Origin: Smithella sp.
Lineage (GTDB): Bacteria > Desulfobacterota > Syntrophia > Syntrophales > Smithellaceae
NCBI GenBank assembly: GCA_012510495.1
Contig: JAAZHX010000216.1
Span: forward strand, 22 to 64,021
DNA length: 64,000 nucleotides
Direction of reading: 5' to 3'
Of this stretch, positions 44,939 through 54,105 are shown piece by piece. The notes under the pieces were generated by a model. It was not told where the DNA came from. It saw nothing but the letters and a program-made list of their open reading frames with translations, and did no database searches. Both the position numbers and the translations under genes were made by a program. Positions within the stretch are counted from its first letter, which is position 1, and the number at the start of each line of letters is the position of its first letter.

Positions 44939-45394
44939 ATGACTCGGAGTGAATTCAAAAAGATCATTGCCAACGCCATCAAAGCGGAAGTCGCAGCCAA
45001 TAAATTCTACAGCGGCGTGGCCAAAAAAGCGAAGGACGCGAATCTCAAGAAGCTGTTCCAGAAGCTTGCCGATGAAGAAGCCCAGCACAAGCTCACATTA
45101 AAAGGCGTTCTGGACAAAGGGGCCGGGGAACTTCAATTTTCCGAGTCGGCGGACTACAGAGTTGTGGACGAGCTCCCCACGCCCCCGTTGACCACCGATC
45201 TGAAACCGGTTGACGGTCTGGTGATCGCCATCAAGAGCGAACTGGCAGCCATGCAGATGTACACCCAACTGGCCAAGACAAGCGCGGACAAGGCGCAGAA
45301 AAAGGTTTTCCTGGAGCTCGCGTCGATGGAACGCGGCCACAAGAAAAAACTCGAGGATTTATATACCAACATGGCTTTCCCGGAAGTCTGGTAG
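44939..45394 (+). CDS. Rubrerythrin/ferritin-like diiron protein
   Basis: EEAQH and MERGH (ExxH) motifs in a four-helix-bundle-sized protein. AAGGAGAG lies before the ATG. Confidence 0.75.
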   Translation: MTRSEFKKIIANAIKAEVAANKFYSGVAKKAKDANLKKLFQKLADEEAQHKLTLKGVLDKGAGELQFSESADYRVVDELPTPPLTTDLKPVDGLVIAIKSELAAMQMYTQLAKTSADKAQKKVFLELASMERGHKKKLEDLYTNMAFPEVW

Positions 45395-45450
45395 CGCCGC
45401 CATTTTTGATGATTTCGTCCGGGCGCCCGGAAGGCCCCGGCAACAAAAAA

Positions 45451-45481
45451 GTCAGGGTTTTCAGGGCCCTGGCTTTTTTTG
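45451..45481 (+). terminator. Rho-independent terminator (A-tract upstream, possibly bidirectional)
   Basis: GTCAGGG-ttttcaggg-CCCTGGC followed by T7. Confidence 0.65.
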
Positions 45482-45499
45482 TTGATCTCAAAAGACGCT

Positions 45500-45766
45500 T
45501 TACCGGTAATATCCGGTTCCGACCACCCAGCCGAAGGGTTTAAACAGCAGAACATAGGATCGTTTGGGCAGAGGCGCAGTCCGGCCCTTTTTGGTAAACA
45601 GGTATTCGACATAGCCGCCGGTTTTTCCCCGGGACAGAAATTCCTTCATGTAGAAAACGCCTTTGGCGTCCTCGCCGTGATAAAAGGCGTGGGGTTGGGG
45701 AAGCGCGATCAGGCCGTTATGAATGGAATGGGCCGCCTGCCGACTATGTGTTACACCAGAGGCTCC
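45500..45766 (-). pseudogene. C-terminal relic of a Cache (sCache_2-like) sensor domain protein
   Basis: A start-less frame reads ...HAFYHGEDAKGVFYMKEFLSRGKTGGYVEYLFTKKGRTAPLPKRSYVLLFKPFGWVVGTGYYR. This matches the Cache pattern GGG.V.Y.W...G...PK.SYV..F.PW.W.IGTG.Y. An upstream in-frame stop leaves no N-terminal part. Confidence 0.5.
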
Positions 45767-45841
45767 GGAAAATCAAATAATCCTGATTGAATACCGAAAC
45801 AAATTGTGTTTAGGAACAACAGCGCCACACAGGAAGAGGCC

Positions 45842-47413
45842 ATGAATCAACCATCCAGGACGGTCGAGATCGATTTCAATTCCGAGTTCCAGCGGGCATT
45901 TTCGCTCATGGAAGATACGCAGAAAAACATCCTGATCACCGGACGGGCAGGCACGGGAAAGTCAACGCTGCTCAACTACTTCCGCGATACCACCCAAAAG
46001 AAAGTGGTGATTCTGGCGCCGACCGGCGTGGCGGCGGTCAATGTCGCAGGCCAGACGATCCATTCCTTTTTTCATTTCAAGCCGAATGTGACGCCGGCGT
46101 CGATCAAACGAAAGAAAAAGGGGGGAAAGGAGAGGCCGACCCTTTATAAAAAGCTGACCACCATCATGATTGACGAAATTTCGATGGTGCGCGCGGATCT
46201 GCTGGACTGCATCGACAAATTCCTGCGCTTCAACGGCCCCAGCGAAAAACAACCCTTCGGCGGCGTGCAGATGATTTTTATCGGCGATCTGTATCAGCTG
46301 CCGCCGGTTGTCTCGTCGGCGGAGCGCGAAATTTTCAAAAGCCATTACCCGACGCCCTATTTTTTCAGCGCAAACGCCTTTGATCAACTGGACATCGAGT
46401 ATATCGAGCTGGAAAAAGTCTATCGGCAGAAGGACGATGAATTTGTCCGGCTGCTCAACACCATCCGCAACCGCTCCGTGACGGATGACGATCTGGCCAG
46501 GTTTAATTCGCGCTGCGATCCGCTCTTTGAAGCACCCCCCGGTTCCTTTTATCTGTCTCTCACCAGTACCAACGATCTGGCGGACGCGATCAATGAAAAG
46601 CGGCTGACCGAACTGCCGGGGAAAATCTGGAGAACCGTCGGCCAGATCGAAGGCGATTTCGGCAAGGAATATCTGCCGACCGCGGTGGATTTGAAACTGA
46701 AAAAAAACGCACAGATCATGATGCTCAACAACGATTCGCTGGGCCAGTGGATGAACGGCACCATCGGCAGAATTCGCAGGTTTGAGCAGGATGACGACGG
46801 CGAGGATGTGATTGTAGCCGAACTGGACAACGGCGACACGGCGCGCATTTCTCCCTACATCTGGAAAATCTACCGGTTTTTCCTGAAAAAGGAAGAGCTG
46901 CACTCGGAGGAGGTCGGTTCTTTCCGGCAGTATCCGGTGCGTCTGGCCTTTGCGGTCACCATTCACAAGAGCCAGGGGAAAACCTTTGAAAACGTGGTGA
47001 TCGACGTGGGGCGGGGCACCTTTGCCCACGGGCAGATGTACGTGGCGCTGTCGCGTTGTACGACCCTCGACGGCATTGTTCTCAAAAAACCGCTTCAAAA
47101 AAATCATATTTTAATGGACTGGCGCGTGGTGAAGTTTCTTACAAATCTTCAGGTTGCTCAAGCCGCCAAAACATTCAGCCGCGAGGATAAAATGAAATGG
47201 ATTGAAGCGGCGATTGCTGAAAAGAAAAGCATCGAAATCCTTTACCTCAAAGGTCAGGATGAAAAATCGCGCCGGACGGTGAGACCCCTGTTCATGGGGA
47301 ATATGGAATACAAAGGTTATCCATACCTGGGTCTCGAAGCTTTCTGCCTGGAGCGACGGGAAAAAAGAATTTTCAACGTGGACAAGATTCTGGAAATTGG
47401 AGAGGGAAGGTAA
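45842..47413 (+). CDS. Pif1/RecD-family SF1B helicase with a C-terminal WYL-like domain
   Basis: Walker A GRAGTGKST, IMIDEISMV, and a helicase C-terminal region (AFAVTIHKSQGKTF). The last roughly 80 aa, SIEILYLKGQDEKSRRTVRPL...YPYLGLEAFCLERREKRIFNVDKILEI, fit a WYL fold. Confidence 0.85.
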   Translation: MNQPSRTVEIDFNSEFQRAFSLMEDTQKNILITGRAGTGKSTLLNYFRDTTQKKVVILAPTGVAAVNVAGQTIHSFFHFKPNVTPASIKRKKKGGKERPTLYKKLTTIMIDEISMVRADLLDCIDKFLRFNGPSEKQPFGGVQMIFIGDLYQLPPVVSSAEREIFKSHYPTPYFFSANAFDQLDIEYIELEKVYRQKDDEFVRLLNTIRNRSVTDDDLARFNSRCDPLFEAPPGSFYLSLTSTNDLADAINEKRLTELPGKIWRTVGQIEGDFGKEYLPTAVDLKLKKNAQIMMLNNDSLGQWMNGTIGRIRRFEQDDDGEDVIVAELDNGDTARISPYIWKIYRFFLKKEELHSEEVGSFRQYPVRLAFAVTIHKSQGKTFENVVIDVGRGTFAHGQMYVALSRCTTLDGIVLKKPLQKNHILMDWRVVKFLTNLQVAQAAKTFSREDKMKWIEAAIAEKKSIEILYLKGQDEKSRRTVRPLFMGNMEYKGYPYLGLEAFCLERREKRIFNVDKILEIGEGR

Positions 47414-47474
47414 GCGGAAAACAATACCAACCTCTGACAGGAAGATTGTGTAAGTGCCCCTTTGCACCGCGCCG

Positions 47475-47702
47475 TTATTTCAGGAAAATTGATCCGACAA
47501 TCGGGGCGAAATAAAAGGCGGACAGGGCCAAAACCACGGCGCCCGCCCCGGAAATCAGCCAATCGATCCATACGATCGCCGCGTAGCGGCCTTTCTTCCG
47601 CACTGTGTGTTTTTCCGCCGTAAACGACTCCCGATTCAGCCTGACGCTCCCAGGCCTGTCCATGCCGCCGGGCAATGCCGAAACACCGGTGATCGCGCTC
47701 AT
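47475..47702 (-). CDS. Small single-pass membrane protein downstream of lexA
   Basis: 75-aa ORF from the ATG at 47702 with GGGAG upstream. It has a C-terminal TM helix (WLISGAGAVVLALSAFYFAPIVGSIF). Confidence 0.5.
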   Translation of the reverse strand: MSAITGVSALPGGMDRPGSVRLNRESFTAEKHTVRKKGRYAAIVWIDWLISGAGAVVLALSAFYFAPIVGSIFLK

Positions 47703-47731
47703 TTTTTTGACTCCCTGTTTTCTGATCCGGG

Positions 47732-48319
47732 TTACATCAGGTATTTTCTGACGGAGGCGGTGATCACGCCGCCTATTTTGAGTTCTTCTCTGGGATAAAT
47801 CGCCGGATAAGCCGGATTGGCGGCCTCCAGAACGACCTTCCCGCGCTGCCGACGGAAATATTTCATGGTCCACTGGCCGTCCACTTCAGCCAGCACAATG
47901 TCGCCGCTTCGGGGCGTCCGTTCCCGCTCGACGATAACCAGATCGCCATCCATGATGCCCGCGCCGGTCATCGAGTCGCCCGAAACCCGTAGTAAAAAGG
48001 AAGTCTCGGGCCTCGCCACCAGGTACTCGTCCATGGAAAGAACATCGCGCGCGTTTTCTTCGGCCGACGCGGGAATCCCGGCGGCCACATTGCCGACCAG
48101 GGGAATGCCGAAGGAAACTCCCGACAGTTTGAGAAATCCCTGCGCGTCTTTTTCCAGAATGCCTTTTTCAATGAGCTTCTCTATCCAGTAAAAAACAACA
48201 CTCTTGGATCGCACTTCAAACAGATCCATCATTTCAGCATAGGTGGGCATGCGCTTCTGATGACGGTAAAACGACACCAGACTCTGTTCTACGGATTTTA
48301 TGTCGCGGATTTTTTTCAT
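47732..48319 (-). CDS. lexA: LexA repressor
   Basis: wHTH N-domain, an AG cleavage site (VAAGIP), and S24 peptidase motifs (GDSM...KY). The ATG at 48319 was chosen because the upstream extension overlaps the promoter. Confidence 0.9.
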   Translation of the reverse strand: MKKIRDIKSVEQSLVSFYRHQKRMPTYAEMMDLFEVRSKSVVFYWIEKLIEKGILEKDAQGFLKLSGVSFGIPLVGNVAAGIPASAEENARDVLSMDEYLVARPETSFLLRVSGDSMTGAGIMDGDLVIVERERTPRSGDIVLAEVDGQWTMKYFRRQRGKVVLEAANPAYPAIYPREELKIGGVITASVRKYLM

Positions 48320-48326
48320 GGCCCGT

Positions 48327-48355
48327 CTTATATAGAACGTGCGTTCTATTGTCAA
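48327..48355 (-). promoter_or_regulatory. lexA promoter with an embedded SOS box
   Basis: The minus strand reads TTGACA-ATAGAACGCACGTTCTA-TATAAG. GAAC-N4-GTTC (48335-48346) fills the 17-nt spacer. The ATG lies only 7 nt after the -10. Confidence 0.7.
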
Positions 48356-48419
48356 GCATTTTTTATTTGACGGCGGGGAACGGCCTTGCCGCCCGCAAGG
48401 GGGCCGCGATCGTTTCCTG

Positions 48420-50054
48420 CTACCGGGTCATCGTGTATTTCTGCTCTTCTCTGGGAACATACCAGCGGATGAAGTTGTGGCCGATGCCGATGGGCGCCGG
48501 CTCGATGCCGCGAACGCGGTTTGAAATGATGATTAAATCGTCGGGAACATACAAAAACGTGTAAGGCTGATCCTCGGCCAGAATTTCCTGAAAACGATCG
48601 TAGTATTTTTTCCGTTCGTCCTGATGGAACGTGCCGCGGCCTTTCTCCAGCATCTCGTCGGCATCCGGGTTGCTGTAGGAAACAAAATTGAGCTCTTCCG
48701 GCGCGGTCTTGCCGGAGTGCCACACGTCATACGCATCCGGGTCCGGCGGGATGGTCCAGCCCAGAATGACCGCGTCAAAGCGCCGTTTGTTGATGAAATG
48801 GGTGATAAACGCCGACCATTCCAGAACGCGGATTTTTGCGGCAATACCGACTTCCGCAAGCTGCCGCTGAATAATCTCCGCGCATTTCTGGCGGGTCTCA
48901 TTGCCCTGATTGGTCAGAATTTCAAACTCAAAGGACCGGCCGTCCTTGTCCAGCAAACCGTCGCCGTTTGCGTCCGTCCACCCCGCCTGCTTCAAAAGTT
49001 CCCGCGCTTTGGCCGGGTCGTAGGAGTAGATTTTCACTTTGTCGTTGTGCGCCCAGGTGCCCGGCTTGTAAGGCCCCGTCGCCGGTTTGCCCAGTCCCAG
49101 CAGAACCCCGCTGATGATTTCGTCTTTATTGATGGCGTGTGATATGGCCTGCCTCACGCGCCGGTCCGCGAAAAGCGGGTTTTTCAAATTATAGCCCAGA
49201 TACGTGTAGGCAAAAGCCAGATAGCGATATTTGTTGAAATTTTGCCTGAACAGGTTGTTCTCCGTCTGTCGCGTATACTGCAGCGGCGTCAGTCCCATCA
49301 TGCCGAGGTTCTGCGCGCGAAGCTCCAGAAACATGGTGGCGGTGTCGGGGATGATCCGCGTAATCCGGCCGTCCAGATAGGGGCGCCCTTCAAAATAATT
49401 CTCGTTGGACACCAGAACGATTTTCTGACCGGGCACCCATTCCTTGAACCGGTAGGGACCGGTTCCGATGGGGTGGCGTGAAAGAGGGCTTTGGGTAATG
49501 TCCTTCCCCGCGAGCAGGTGCTCAGGCATCATCGCGGCGGCCCAACTGATCAAAGCTGGTGCAAAAGGTTTGTCATAGGTGACACGAAAGGTGTGGTCGT
49601 CCAGAACCCGGGCTTTTTTAACTTTCTGAAAATCCCCGGCATAGGCGGTGGGCGTTTTGGGATCCACCGTCGCCTGATAGGTGAAAAGCACATCGGCGGC
49701 GGTAAAGGGCCGGCCGTCGTGCCACCGGACGCCTTTACGCAGGTGGAAGGTGATCGACAGGCCATCCGGCGAAACCTCCCAGGATTCGGCCAGATCACCC
49801 GTGATGTTCATATCCTTGTCGTACTTGACCAGACCGTTAAAAACCATGCCGCCCACGGCGTGCGACGCCGAATCGGAAGCCAGAAGTGGAATCAGGTTGC
49901 TCGCGTCCCCGATATCGCCCCGCACCAGAATATCGCCATAGGCGGGCGGTTTGTCCCCTTTGGAACCGGTGTTCCCTGCCTGCGGCGGCCTCTCGCACGC
50001 GGTGATCATTGTCACCGCCAGAAGCATCATCATGAAATTCAATATCCTGCGCAT
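48420..50054 (-). CDS. ABC transporter substrate-binding protein, family 5 (oligopeptide/dipeptide/nickel type)
   Basis: Signal/lipoprotein-like N-terminus (LAVTMITAC) and typical SBP_bac_5 length and motifs. Confidence 0.85.
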   Translation of the reverse strand: MRRILNFMMMLLAVTMITACERPPQAGNTGSKGDKPPAYGDILVRGDIGDASNLIPLLASDSASHAVGGMVFNGLVKYDKDMNITGDLAESWEVSPDGLSITFHLRKGVRWHDGRPFTAADVLFTYQATVDPKTPTAYAGDFQKVKKARVLDDHTFRVTYDKPFAPALISWAAAMMPEHLLAGKDITQSPLSRHPIGTGPYRFKEWVPGQKIVLVSNENYFEGRPYLDGRITRIIPDTATMFLELRAQNLGMMGLTPLQYTRQTENNLFRQNFNKYRYLAFAYTYLGYNLKNPLFADRRVRQAISHAINKDEIISGVLLGLGKPATGPYKPGTWAHNDKVKIYSYDPAKARELLKQAGWTDANGDGLLDKDGRSFEFEILTNQGNETRQKCAEIIQRQLAEVGIAAKIRVLEWSAFITHFINKRRFDAVILGWTIPPDPDAYDVWHSGKTAPEELNFVSYSNPDADEMLEKGRGTFHQDERKKYYDRFQEILAEDQPYTFLYVPDDLIIISNRVRGIEPAPIGIGHNFIRWYVPREEQKYTMTR

Positions 50055-50222
50055 GGCGGATTACATAGCCCAGGAAACACGTCTTTGCAATATGCTTTGT
50101 GTCCTTTTCGCTCCCCGCAGCCGCCCGCCCGCCCATTCGCCATATTTTATCCTCGCTTTTTAAAGAAATCTGTGAACAGGTTTCACGCGAAAAGAGAATA
50201 TATCTCTTTCAGGGAGAGAGTT

Positions 50223-50873
50223 ATGAAAGTCAAAACGCAGGAGCTGTTTAATTTTTATTCACACTTTGCCGGAGCGGTTGCCGCCATTATCGGAACCGTC
50301 TATCTGGCCATCACCGCCAGCGATTCAGCCTCCGGGCTCGTCACCTCACTGATTTACGGGATATCCGTCGTTTTTCTTTTTTCCGCCAGCACACTCTACC
50401 ACGCCTTTAAAAAGAAAGAGGATGAACTGTCTTTCTGGAGAAAAATGGACCGGCTGGCCATTTTTTTCATGATTGCCGGAACCTTTACGCCGATCTGTTA
50501 TTTTTGCCTCAACGGCGCCCACAAGTGGCTGATGATTGCCTTCCAGTGGAGCCTGGTGGGCGTCGGCCTGATTTCACAGATTTTTTTCCCGGGGGCGCCC
50601 CGAAAGCTGTACGCTGTTATTTATTTGTTCATGGGATGGTCGGCGCTCTTCACCCTCAAGCAGATGCTGGCCAACATGACCTCTTCCCAGGCGATCCTAC
50701 TGGTGTCGGGCGGCGTTTCCTTTACGATCGGCGCCATTATTTACGCCGTCAAAAAGCCCCGGATGATTCCGGGAATTTTCAGTTTCCATGAACTCTTTCA
50801 CGTCATGGTTCTGATCGGCGGCATCCTTCATTACGCCATGATCTACGGCGTCTATTCCCATCCGGGCGTTTAA
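50223..50873 (+). CDS. Hemolysin III / PAQR family membrane protein
   Basis: Seven TM helices with SHFAGAV, STLYHAF and HELFHVMVL motifs. The long ORF-track entry from 49491 is an upstream artefact. Confidence 0.85.
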   Translation: MKVKTQELFNFYSHFAGAVAAIIGTVYLAITASDSASGLVTSLIYGISVVFLFSASTLYHAFKKKEDELSFWRKMDRLAIFFMIAGTFTPICYFCLNGAHKWLMIAFQWSLVGVGLISQIFFPGAPRKLYAVIYLFMGWSALFTLKQMLANMTSSQAILLVSGGVSFTIGAIIYAVKKPRMIPGIFSFHELFHVMVLIGGILHYAMIYGVYSHPGV

Positions 50874-51775
50874 TGATGAGCGCGTCTTTTCCGCCCGCAC
50901 AACCCGGCCCTGCCACGGACCTGCTACTGGCAGAGGAGCTGAATTTATTTCTTCAGGAGCATGAAAAAAATTACAAGGCGGGCGAGAGCAAACCACGGGA
51001 AATCGGCATGCCTTTCCTGCTCATGGCACCCGGCTCCGACACCGGTGTGCTGCTCATTCACGGATTGATGGCGGCGCCGGCGGAAGTCCGCGAATGGGCG
51101 GATTTTCTGCACGCCGGGGGTCTGACCGTTTACGCGCCCAGATTGTCGGGGCACGGAACTTCTTCCGGAGATCTTTCGACGCGCAATGCGCAGGACTGGC
51201 TCGCTTCAGTGGATCGCGGACACGCACTTCTGAAAACCTGCTGCACCAAAATCCTGGTCGCCGGTTTTTCCACAGGCGCTGGTCTTGCGCTGCAATCCGT
51301 TATCCTCAAGCCCCGTGATTTCGAGGCAGTGATCGCCGTCAGCGCGCCCCTTCGGTTTAAAAGCTTTTCATCGAGGTTTGCCGATCTTCTGCACGGCTTT
51401 AACCTGTGCTGCCTTCGCTGTGGTCAGGGCCGACTGGCCGTGGAATTCGTCAAAAATGACGCGGACAATCCCCACATCAATTACCTCCTCTGCCCGGTCA
51501 GCTCTTTCGTGCAGGTTAAAAAGCTGATGAGAAGCGTCCGGCGGAGGCTGGCCGACATTCAAATTCCCGCGTTGATCATCCAGGGCCGGCACGACCCCAA
51601 GGTCGCCCCGGAAAGCGGGCCTGCCATCTATGAGCGCCTGGGCTCACATCAAAAGCGCTTCGCCTGGATTGATTTTAACCGGCATGGCATTGTCCTCGGC
51701 CCCATCGCACGGGAAGTTTTTAAAGAAGTGGAGTCTTTCCTGAGCGTCTGCCGCCTGATCGATTTTCCAAAGTAG
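50873..51775 (+). CDS. Alpha/beta hydrolase (carboxylesterase/lipase-like)
   Basis: GFSTGAG nucleophile elbow and an HGL oxyanion region. The start overlaps the preceding stop (TAATG). Confidence 0.8.
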   Translation: MMSASFPPAQPGPATDLLLAEELNLFLQEHEKNYKAGESKPREIGMPFLLMAPGSDTGVLLIHGLMAAPAEVREWADFLHAGGLTVYAPRLSGHGTSSGDLSTRNAQDWLASVDRGHALLKTCCTKILVAGFSTGAGLALQSVILKPRDFEAVIAVSAPLRFKSFSSRFADLLHGFNLCCLRCGQGRLAVEFVKNDADNPHINYLLCPVSSFVQVKKLMRSVRRRLADIQIPALIIQGRHDPKVAPESGPAIYERLGSHQKRFAWIDFNRHGIVLGPIAREVFKEVESFLSVCRLIDFPK

Positions 51776-51884
51776 AGCGGCACCAGAATTGGACAGGATC
51801 AAAAGTAGTGCGGGGTTTTAACCACGCCATTCGCGGACATAAATGTCCGCACTACATTTACAACATTCCAGCTCGATGTAGTGC

Positions 51885-52226
51885 GTGGCGCTCGTGACCT
51901 CGCGTGACCTTCAGGTTATCAGGTTATTAGACGCGCTGGCTATGCTGCGCGAATTCGCCTCGCGCTTGAAAAATTCCAACGCGGCCCTGGAAGAATTCAC
52001 GCATCGTAGAACGCAGATACTCATCCTCCTGCAAATCCTCGATCAGCCCGAAGCCACCGTTGAAGAGCATGTTGAGCAGCTTTCGCGACTGACCAGAAAA
52101 GAGCCGGGCCAGATCAGCCGGTCCATGCGGGACCTTTCCGACCTCGGCATTCTGACCATCCAGGGCGATCAGGCACCCCGGATCAACCTCGACAAAATGT
52201 GGTCTATGCTTGACTCCGGAATCTGA
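51885..52226 (+). CDS. Possible small winged-helix (MarR/ArsR-like) protein
   Basis: 113-aa ORF with a GTG start. The segment EATVEEHVEQLSRLTRKEPGQISRSMRDLSDLGILT resembles a wHTH recognition region. This is a weak call. Confidence 0.4.
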   Translation: MALVTSRDLQVIRLLDALAMLREFASRLKNSNAALEEFTHRRTQILILLQILDQPEATVEEHVEQLSRLTRKEPGQISRSMRDLSDLGILTIQGDQAPRINLDKMWSMLDSGI

Positions 52227-52383
52227 ACGAACCGCGTTTCCGGAGCCGTCATGCAGATGGCTCCGCGCCGCGAACGAAACAGCGAATCCGGCCCTGCGCC
52301 TGTTCATCCACCGGGGATAACGGCTTGACAGGGAAGCCTTTCTTTGAAATATAAGTCCAAAATGTCCATCTCCGGAGGGAAAG

Positions 52384-52653
52384 ATGAAAGCGGCGGTCCT
52401 GCGCGGCGTGAAGGACATTCGAACTGAAACCGTTCCCAATCCCCTCTGCGCTCCTCACGGCGTCATTCGCGGCCGGCCCAAAGCGTCGGACATCGCGGCG
52501 GTGATCGGACTGGGCGTGATCGAACTGCTGAAAAGCGGCAAAGCGAACACCCGGGGAATCATCTCACCCCATTTCCTCTTAAACCAGGCCGCGGAGGCTT
52601 TTCGGACGCAGCTTCAGGATCCGACCGCCGTCAAGGTCATGGCACAACCCTGA
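52384..52653 (+). pseudogene. Internally deleted remnant of a zinc-type (MDR) alcohol/polyol dehydrogenase
   Basis: Only 89 aa. It joins an MDR N-terminus (MKAAVLRGVKDIRTETVPNP), a trace of the Rossmann GxG segment (AAVIGLGVI) and the C-terminal tail (LLKSGK...ISPHF.L.QAAEAF....VKVM). The catalytic and most cofactor domains are missing. Confidence 0.5.
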
Positions 52654-52665
52654 AAAAGGCAGAAC

Positions 52666-53376
52666 ATGAACGAACTGTATTTAGCGCACACGGAATTTAT
52701 CGAGCGGGACGCCCCGGAGGTCCGGGCTTTCGCTCAAAACGCCGTCGGAGACGCGGCAACACCCCGGGAAAAGGCCGTCAAACTCTTCTTCGCGGTTCGC
52801 GACGGAATCTATTACGACCCCTACCGGATCGATCCCCGGCGCGAGGCGTTCCGGGCGACCACTGTCCTTCGCCAGGGGTACGGTTACTGCGTGACCAAAG
52901 CGGTCCTGCTGGCCGCGCTGCTGCGGTCGCAGGGCATTGCCTGCCGGATTCATCTGGCCGATGTCCGCAATCACCTGACCACCAGGCGCCTCAAAGAAAT
53001 GATGAAGACGGACATTTTTTACAATCACGGCTATAATGATGTCCTGCTGGACGGCCGCTGGCTGAAAGTGACACCGACCTTCAACCTGTCGCTTTGTGAA
53101 AAATTCAAAGTCAAGCCGCTCGACTGGGACGGGCAATCCGACGCGGTTCTTCACCCCTTCGACATGGAGGGACGGCGGCACATGGAATACATCAACGACC
53201 GCGGCTCCTTTGATGATCTGCCTTTTGACTTTCTCATCGAAACTTTCATCGCCCGTTACAGCAGCTCGATCGAGGAATTTACGCGCCAGACTGCCCAAAC
53301 GGGCCAATTTGAAGCAGAGGCCGAAGACGAGGCCGGGAAACTTTCCGTAAACCACACACATGACCGCCATGACTGA
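52666..53376 (+). CDS. Transglutaminase-like cysteine protease superfamily protein
   Basis: Catalytic-core pattern GYGYCVTKAVLLAALLRSQGI...H...D. Confidence 0.8.
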   Translation: MNELYLAHTEFIERDAPEVRAFAQNAVGDAATPREKAVKLFFAVRDGIYYDPYRIDPRREAFRATTVLRQGYGYCVTKAVLLAALLRSQGIACRIHLADVRNHLTTRRLKEMMKTDIFYNHGYNDVLLDGRWLKVTPTFNLSLCEKFKVKPLDWDGQSDAVLHPFDMEGRRHMEYINDRGSFDDLPFDFLIETFIARYSSSIEEFTRQTAQTGQFEAEAEDEAGKLSVNHTHDRHD

Positions 53377-54091
53377 TTTCAGTGAACTGAAAGCCATCCT
53401 CGACCAACACCGGGTTTCCTCGGGCGAATCCGTCCGTCATCTGCATTCCCACGACGAATCCTTTCATACGCCGTCTCTGCCCGCTCTCTTTACCGGATCG
53501 GAAGGGATGTTGGGCATCATCACGGAAGCCACGCTGAAGCTTGCCGGTCTGCCGGTGAATTTCATGGCCGTGCGCGTGCTCAACGCCGACAGGAACCTGG
53601 CACTGGAAGAAAATCCCACGCTGCTGATGGAATTTTCCGGATACAGCCGGCAGGGTCTGGCGGAAGAAATGGCTTTCGTGGAGGAAATCTGCCGGGCCAA
53701 CGGCGCTCTTTCCATCGACCAGGGAATCGGCGCTGAAGAAAGAGCGCGCCTGTGGAAAATCCGCCATCAGACCTATGAATCCATCAAGCGGTATCACACG
53801 GGCCTTTTGCCTCTGATCATGGACGTGGCGGTGCCTCTTTCGCGCTACAGCTTCGGCCATGCCGGTGACGGCAACATCCATGTCCACGTCATGGACGATC
53901 CGCAGGACGCGAAGCGCTGGGCGCGCGTGGAAGAGGCCACCCGCAGCATCGTCATGAAGGCGCTTCATGCAAACGGAGCACGGGGCAAGCCTCGCCCTCA
54001 TGAAGCGCCTGAAGGTCCTGCTCGACCCGGAAAATCTCTTCAATCCCGGAAAATTTTTTCTCTGATCAAAACCCGCCGCACAGACCGTTAA
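53360..54091 (+). pseudogene. Decayed FAD-linked oxidase (GlcD / D-lactate dehydrogenase family)
   Basis: It retains the N-terminal segment, LFTGSEGMLGIITEATLKL and FGHAGDGNIHVHV, but lacks most of the FAD-binding domain. The family C-terminus (ALMKRLKVLLDPENLFNPGKIF) is readable only in another frame near 53990-54065. Confidence 0.6.
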
Positions 54092-54105
54092 GGGAGCTCC
54101 CTGCC

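Noticed and set aside
49491-50222. The 5' two-thirds of the 460-aa ORF 49491-50873.
   Set aside because: It is antisense to the substrate-binding protein gene. Only the last 216 codons (from the ATG at 50223, with an SD) show hemolysin III motifs.
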